This document shows, one piece after another, positions 60,230-64,000 of a stretch of DNA of 64,000 bases. The position numbers and the translations under genes are program-made. This stretch comes from an uncultured Gemmatimonadaceae bacterium (GTDB lineage: Bacteria; Gemmatimonadota; Gemmatimonadetes; Gemmatimonadales; Gemmatimonadaceae): positions 2,176,001 through 2,240,000 of the forward strand of contig CAVUDW010000002.1 of assembly GCA_963740355.1 (NCBI GenBank), read 5' to 3'. Below the pieces are notes generated by a model. That model ran no database searches and was not told the origin of the DNA. It saw nothing but the letters and a program-made list of their open reading frames with translations. Position 1 is the stretch's first letter. Each line of letters opens with the position of its first letter.

Positions 60230-62854
60230 ATGCTGAATCCAGATCGCCTCACCATCAAGTCCGGCGAAGCCGTCAATGACGCGGTCGCGATCGCGCGCCG
60301 TGCCGGCAATCCGCTCGTCTACGATCTGCACCTCCTCCTCGCCCTCATCGCGCAGCAGGACGGCATTGTGGTGCCGCTGCTCCAGAAGGCCGGCGTCAAG
60401 GTGCCTGAGCTGAAGCAGCGGGCCGAGACGGAAGCGGCACGATATCCCAAGCAGAGCGACGCGCAGCCGCAGGTGTCGCGCGAACTCAACCAGGTCTTCG
60501 ACCGCGCCGACGCCGATGCCAAGGCACTCGGCGACGACTACGTCAGCACCGAACATTTCCTGCTCGCGCTCGCGAATGTGAAAGGCACCGACAGTCGCGC
60601 GTTGCTCACCGAGCTGGGAGCGACGGCGGAGGCGCTTGCCACGGCGTTGACTGCGGTCCGTGGTACGCACAAGGTGACCGATCAGTCTCCGGAGAATCGC
60701 TACCAGGCGCTGCAGCGCTACACGCGTGACCTGACGCAGAGTGCTCGCGACGGCAAGCTCGATCCGGTCATCGGTCGCGACGATGAAATCCGTCGTGTGA
60801 TCCAGGTCCTGTCGCGCCGTACCAAGAACAATCCGGTGCTCATCGGTGAACCCGGTGTCGGCAAGACGGCCATCGTCGAAGGTCTCGCGCAGCGCATCAT
60901 CAACGGTGATGTACCGGAAGGCCTGCGTGGCAAGAAGCTGCTCTCACTCGACCTCGGCGCGCTGATCGCGGGTGCCAAGTTCCGCGGCGAGTTCGAGGAG
61001 CGCCTGAAGGCCGTGCTGAAGGAGATCGTCGACAGCCAGGGCGAGATCGTCGTCTTCATCGACGAGCTGCACACGCTGGTCGGTGCTGGCAAGGCGGAAG
61101 GCTCGATGGACGCGGGCAACATGTTGAAGCCGATGCTGGCCCGTGGCGAACTGCGTGTCGTGGGCGCCACCACGCTCGACGAATACCGCTTGCATCTCGA
61201 GAAGGATGCCGCGCTCGAGCGTCGCTTCCAGCCTGTGTATGTAGGCGAGCCGACGCTCGACGACACGATCGCGATCCTGCGCGGCCTCAAGGCGCGGTAC
61301 GAGTCGCATCACGGTGTGCGAATCACCGACACGGCGATCGTTGCCGCAGCGACGCTGTCCAATCGCTACATCGGCGACCGATTCCTGCCTGACAAGGCCA
61401 TCGACTTGCTCGATGAAGCGGCCAGTCGTCTTCGGATCGAGATCGACTCCATGCCGCAGCCGATCGACGAAGTCGAGCGTCGGGTGATGCAGCTCGAGAT
61501 CGAGCGGCAGGCGATGCAGAAGGAAACCGATGCGCCGTCGCGTGAACGCCTCGTCGCGCTCGAGCGCGAGCTGGCTGAGCTGAAGACGCAGAGCGCGACG
61601 ATGAAGGCGCAGTGGCAGCAGGAGAAGCAGGCGCTCGGCGATGTCGGTCGCATCAAGCAGGCCATCGACCAGGCCACCACGGACGCTGAGCAGGCCGCGC
61701 GTACAGGTGACTTGCAGCTCGCTGCCGAGATCAGCTATGGGCGCATTCCGCAATTGCAGCGTGAGTTGGCGGAGGCGGAAGCCGTCGTGTCGGTGAAGGA
61801 TGGCCGCCGCCGCTTCCTCAAGGAAGAAGTGGGCGACGATGACATCGCGGCGGTGGTGGCTAAGTGGACCGGCATCCCGGTGCAGCGCATGCTCGAGGGT
61901 GAGCGTGAGCGCCTGACGAAGCTCGAGGATGAACTCGCACATCGTGTCGTCGGCCAGCGCGACGCCGTCGCGGCGGTGGCCAACGCGGTACGTCGCTCAC
62001 GCGCCGGTCTGCAGGACCCGAATCGTCCGATCGGCAGCTTCCTCTTCCTCGGGCCCACGGGTGTCGGCAAGACGGAGACCGCGCGTGCGCTGGCCGATTT
62101 CCTGTTCGACGATGAACGCGCGATGGTGCGGCTCGACATGTCGGAATACATGGAGAAGCACGCCGTGGCGCGATTGATCGGTGCACCCCCGGGCTATGTT
62201 GGCTACGACGAAGGGGGGCAGCTCACTGAAGCCGTGCGTCGCCGCCCGTACTCGGTGCTGCTGTTCGACGAAATCGAGAAGGCGCATCCCGATGTGTTCA
62301 ACGTGTTGCTGCAGCTGCTCGACGACGGCCGTCTCACCGATTCGCAGGGACGCACGGTCGACTTCCGCAACACCGTCGTGATCCTCACCAGCAACATCGG
62401 CAGCCAGGTGATTCTCGAGCGGTATGCCGAGGATTGGGCACTGGTCGAGACGCAGGTGCTGGGGATGTTGCGTCAGCAGTTCCGGCCGGAGTTCCTCAAT
62501 CGCATCGATGATGTGGTGGTGTTCCGCCCATTGGGTGAAGAGCAGATCGCGCAGATCGTGGATCTGCAGTTGTCGAAGCTCGACACCATGCTTGGGGCAC
62601 GGAAACTGAGCCTGACGTTCACACCCGAAGCGAAGAAGATGCTGGTCGGGGAAGGGTATGACGCCGCGTTTGGGGCACGGCCACTGAAGCGCACGATTCA
62701 GCGGATGGTGCAGAACCCGTTGGCGCTGGCATTGCTGGATGGCACGCTGCACGACGGCGATGTGGTGGTGGCGTCGCCGGGCGATGGCAATCGACTGGTG
62801 TTCACTCGGCAGGTGCCGGATGCGCCGCAGGTGCTGGCGGAGGCCGAGGCGTGA
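60230..62854 (+). CDS. clpB: chaperone/disaggregase ClpB
   Basis: Clp N-repeats, [18 protein letters not shown], long M-domain, [17 protein letters not shown]. Confidence 0.98.
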   Translation: MLNPDRLTIKSGEAVNDAVAIARRAGNPLVYDLHLLLALIAQQDGIVVPLLQKAGVKVPELKQRAETEAARYPKQSDAQPQVSRELNQVFDRADADAKALGDDYVSTEHFLLALANVKGTDSRALLTELGATAEALATALTAVRGTHKVTDQSPENRYQALQRYTRDLTQSARDGKLDPVIGRDDEIRRVIQVLSRRTKNNPVLIGEPGVGKTAIVEGLAQRIINGDVPEGLRGKKLLSLDLGALIAGAKFRGEFEERLKAVLKEIVDSQGEIVVFIDELHTLVGAGKAEGSMDAGNMLKPMLARGELRVVGATTLDEYRLHLEKDAALERRFQPVYVGEPTLDDTIAILRGLKARYESHHGVRITDTAIVAAATLSNRYIGDRFLPDKAIDLLDEAASRLRIEIDSMPQPIDEVERRVMQLEIERQAMQKETDAPSRERLVALERELAELKTQSATMKAQWQQEKQALGDVGRIKQAIDQATTDAEQAARTGDLQLAAEISYGRIPQLQRELAEAEAVVSVKDGRRRFLKEEVGDDDIAAVVAKWTGIPVQRMLEGERERLTKLEDELAHRVVGQRDAVAAVANAVRRSRAGLQDPNRPIGSFLFLGPTGVGKTETARALADFLFDDERAMVRLDMSEYMEKHAVARLIGAPPGYVGYDEGGQLTEAVRRRPYSVLLFDEIEKAHPDVFNVLLQLLDDGRLTDSQGRTVDFRNTVVILTSNIGSQVILERYAEDWALVETQVLGMLRQQFRPEFLNRIDDVVVFRPLGEEQIAQIVDLQLSKLDTMLGARKLSLTFTPEAKKMLVGEGYDAAFGARPLKRTIQRMVQNPLALALLDGTLHDGDVVVASPGDGNRLVFTRQVPDAPQVLAEAEA

Positions 62855-63363
62855 GTGCGTTCGCGCGTCCCGGTGATGAGCAGTGGATGCGCGAAGCGTT
62901 GCGTCAGGCAGCCGATGCGGCCGCGGCCGGCGAGGTGCCGGTCGGGGCCTGCATCGTTTCCAATGGTGCAGTCGTGGCGACAGGCGCCAATGCCATGCGC
63001 CGCAGCGACGACAGCACGCAGCACGCCGAGTTGCGGGTGCTTCAGGCCGCTATGAAGTCTCTCGGCTCGGACCGGCTCACCGGCTGCACGCTCTACGTCA
63101 CGCTGGAGCCCTGCGCGATGTGCGCGGGAGCCATCGTCCTCGCGCGGGTCGATCGAGTGGCCTTCGCGGCGTGGGACGAGAAGGCCGGGATGGCCGGCTC
63201 GGTGGGCGATGTGTTGCGGCATCCGCGGCTCAATCACCGCCCGGAAGTGGCGGGCGGGGTGCTGGCGGATGAGGCTGGACTCTTGCTGCGCGAGTTTTTT
63301 GCGCGGCGCCGGAGCGGGACGGATGCGGTCCGGTCCGTTGACCCGCTGCCAGAAAGTGTCTAG
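62851..63363 (+). CDS. tadA: tRNA-specific adenosine deaminase
   Basis: [24 protein letters not shown]. Confidence 0.93.
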   Translation: MSAFARPGDEQWMREALRQAADAAAAGEVPVGACIVSNGAVVATGANAMRRSDDSTQHAELRVLQAAMKSLGSDRLTGCTLYVTLEPCAMCAGAIVLARVDRVAFAAWDEKAGMAGSVGDVLRHPRLNHRPEVAGGVLADEAGLLLREFFARRRSGTDAVRSVDPLPESV

Positions 63364-63366
63364 AAT
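63338..63366 (+). promoter_or_regulatory. sigma70 promoter for the tRNA-Ser pair
   Basis: TTGACC-17 bp-TAGAAT, overlapping the tadA stop codon. Confidence 0.75.
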
Positions 63367-63409
63367 CAACGGCTACGCTGGTTCCTCAGCGTCGTTGTCA
63401 GGTCGAGTT

Positions 63410-63496
63410 GGACAGGTGTCCGAGCGGTTGAAGGAACCGGTCTCGAAAACCGGCGTGCCGGAAACGGTACCGTGGGTTCGAATCCCACCCTGTCCG
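63410..63496 (+). tRNA. tRNA-Ser(CGA)
   Basis: GGACAGG/CCTGTCC acceptor stem, anticodon loop CT-CGA-AA, long variable arm, GTTCGAATC; CCA not encoded. Confidence 0.96.
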
Positions 63497-63593
63497 TGAT
63501 GAAGTTTGTACGCGTGATTTGTTGGATCCGGGCGCCGCTCCGTCTGTTTGGAGGCGCCCGGTGTGGTTTTGAGGCAGGATTTCCGAAGGTGTG

Positions 63594-63680
63594 GGACAGG
63601 TGGCCGAGTGGTTGAAGGCGCACGCCTGGAAAGCGTGTGGGCTCGAAAGGGTCTCGTGGGTTCGAATCCCACCCTGTCCG
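63594..63680 (+). tRNA. tRNA-Ser(GGA)
   Basis: GGACAGG/CCTGTCC acceptor stem, anticodon loop CT-GGA-AA, long variable arm, GTTCGAATC; CCA not encoded. Confidence 0.96.
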
Positions 63681-63763
63681 TGTCCGTGTAGGGGTACGCC
63701 CGCGGCGGCGCGTCTGACGGAGGGGAAAGGCACTTCCGTCGACGACAAGCGTATTTGAGTCTC

Positions 63764-64000
63764 ATGCTATCCGCCCATCTGACCATCGCAGTGCGCCGCG
63801 CGCGCCTCCTGCTGCCACTGCTCGCGTGTGTCTCCGCCGCAGCGGTCGCGCAGTCGCAAAAGCCGGTCACGGAGGTCACCGCGACAGCCGCGCCCGCCAG
63901 CCCGCTCGAATACGCGAAGCGCGCGCAAACCGAGTTCGAACGCGCCCGGCGCGACGGACTCGGCTTCAGTTCCGGCGGGGCGACCTCGGAACCCGATGTC
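63764..64000 (+). CDS. hypothetical exported protein, 3' truncated by the window edge
   Basis: ATG 63764 opens MLSAHLTIAVRRARLLLPLLACVSAAAVAQ... (signal-peptide-like); the frame stays open to the end. Confidence 0.55.
   Translation, partial: MLSAHLTIAVRRARLLLPLLACVSAAAVAQSQKPVTEVTATAAPASPLEYAKRAQTEFERARRDGLGFSSGGATSEPDV

Noticed and set aside
63366..63879. Minus-strand ORFs with repeated TDRVGFEPT peptides
   Set aside because: Translations of the reverse complement of the two tRNA-Ser genes.

Overview
High-GC core-genome window with dense, almost entirely + strand coding; gene order and protein style most resemble Gemmatimonadota (inference, no database search run). From left to right it holds the dcw cluster (murE partial, murF, mraY, murD, ftsW, murG, murC, ftsQ, ftsA, then a terminator and 550-bp spacer, ftsZ), an M23 peptidase, a vWA membrane protein, ftsY (with a 1-nt frameshift), recG, an orphan histidine kinase plus lipoprotein, asnS, a DinB protein, mazG, alr-deoB-cdd, an unknown lipoprotein/beta-barrel pair, mtaB-miaB, comEC, a small HExxH protein, fbp, a methylmalonyl-CoA mutase large subunit, a Cys-less FmdB-type protein, argS, a PfkB kinase, purM, ribD-E-BA-H-nusB, a GT4, hpf-hprK with a complete mannose-family PTS, metK, DUF151, a FecCD/BtuCD-type ABC transporter without a binding protein, recO, clpB, tadA and two tRNA-Ser genes. 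I saw no mobile element, CRISPR array or defence island, and I cannot claim a clearly new system. The best leads are a SahR-like palindromic operator with an internal promoter before metK, the structured ftsA-ftsZ spacer, a zinc-ribbon protein that has lost all four Cys, the lipoprotein/barrel pair, a QseE/QseG-like kinase-lipoprotein module, and the ftsY frameshift.
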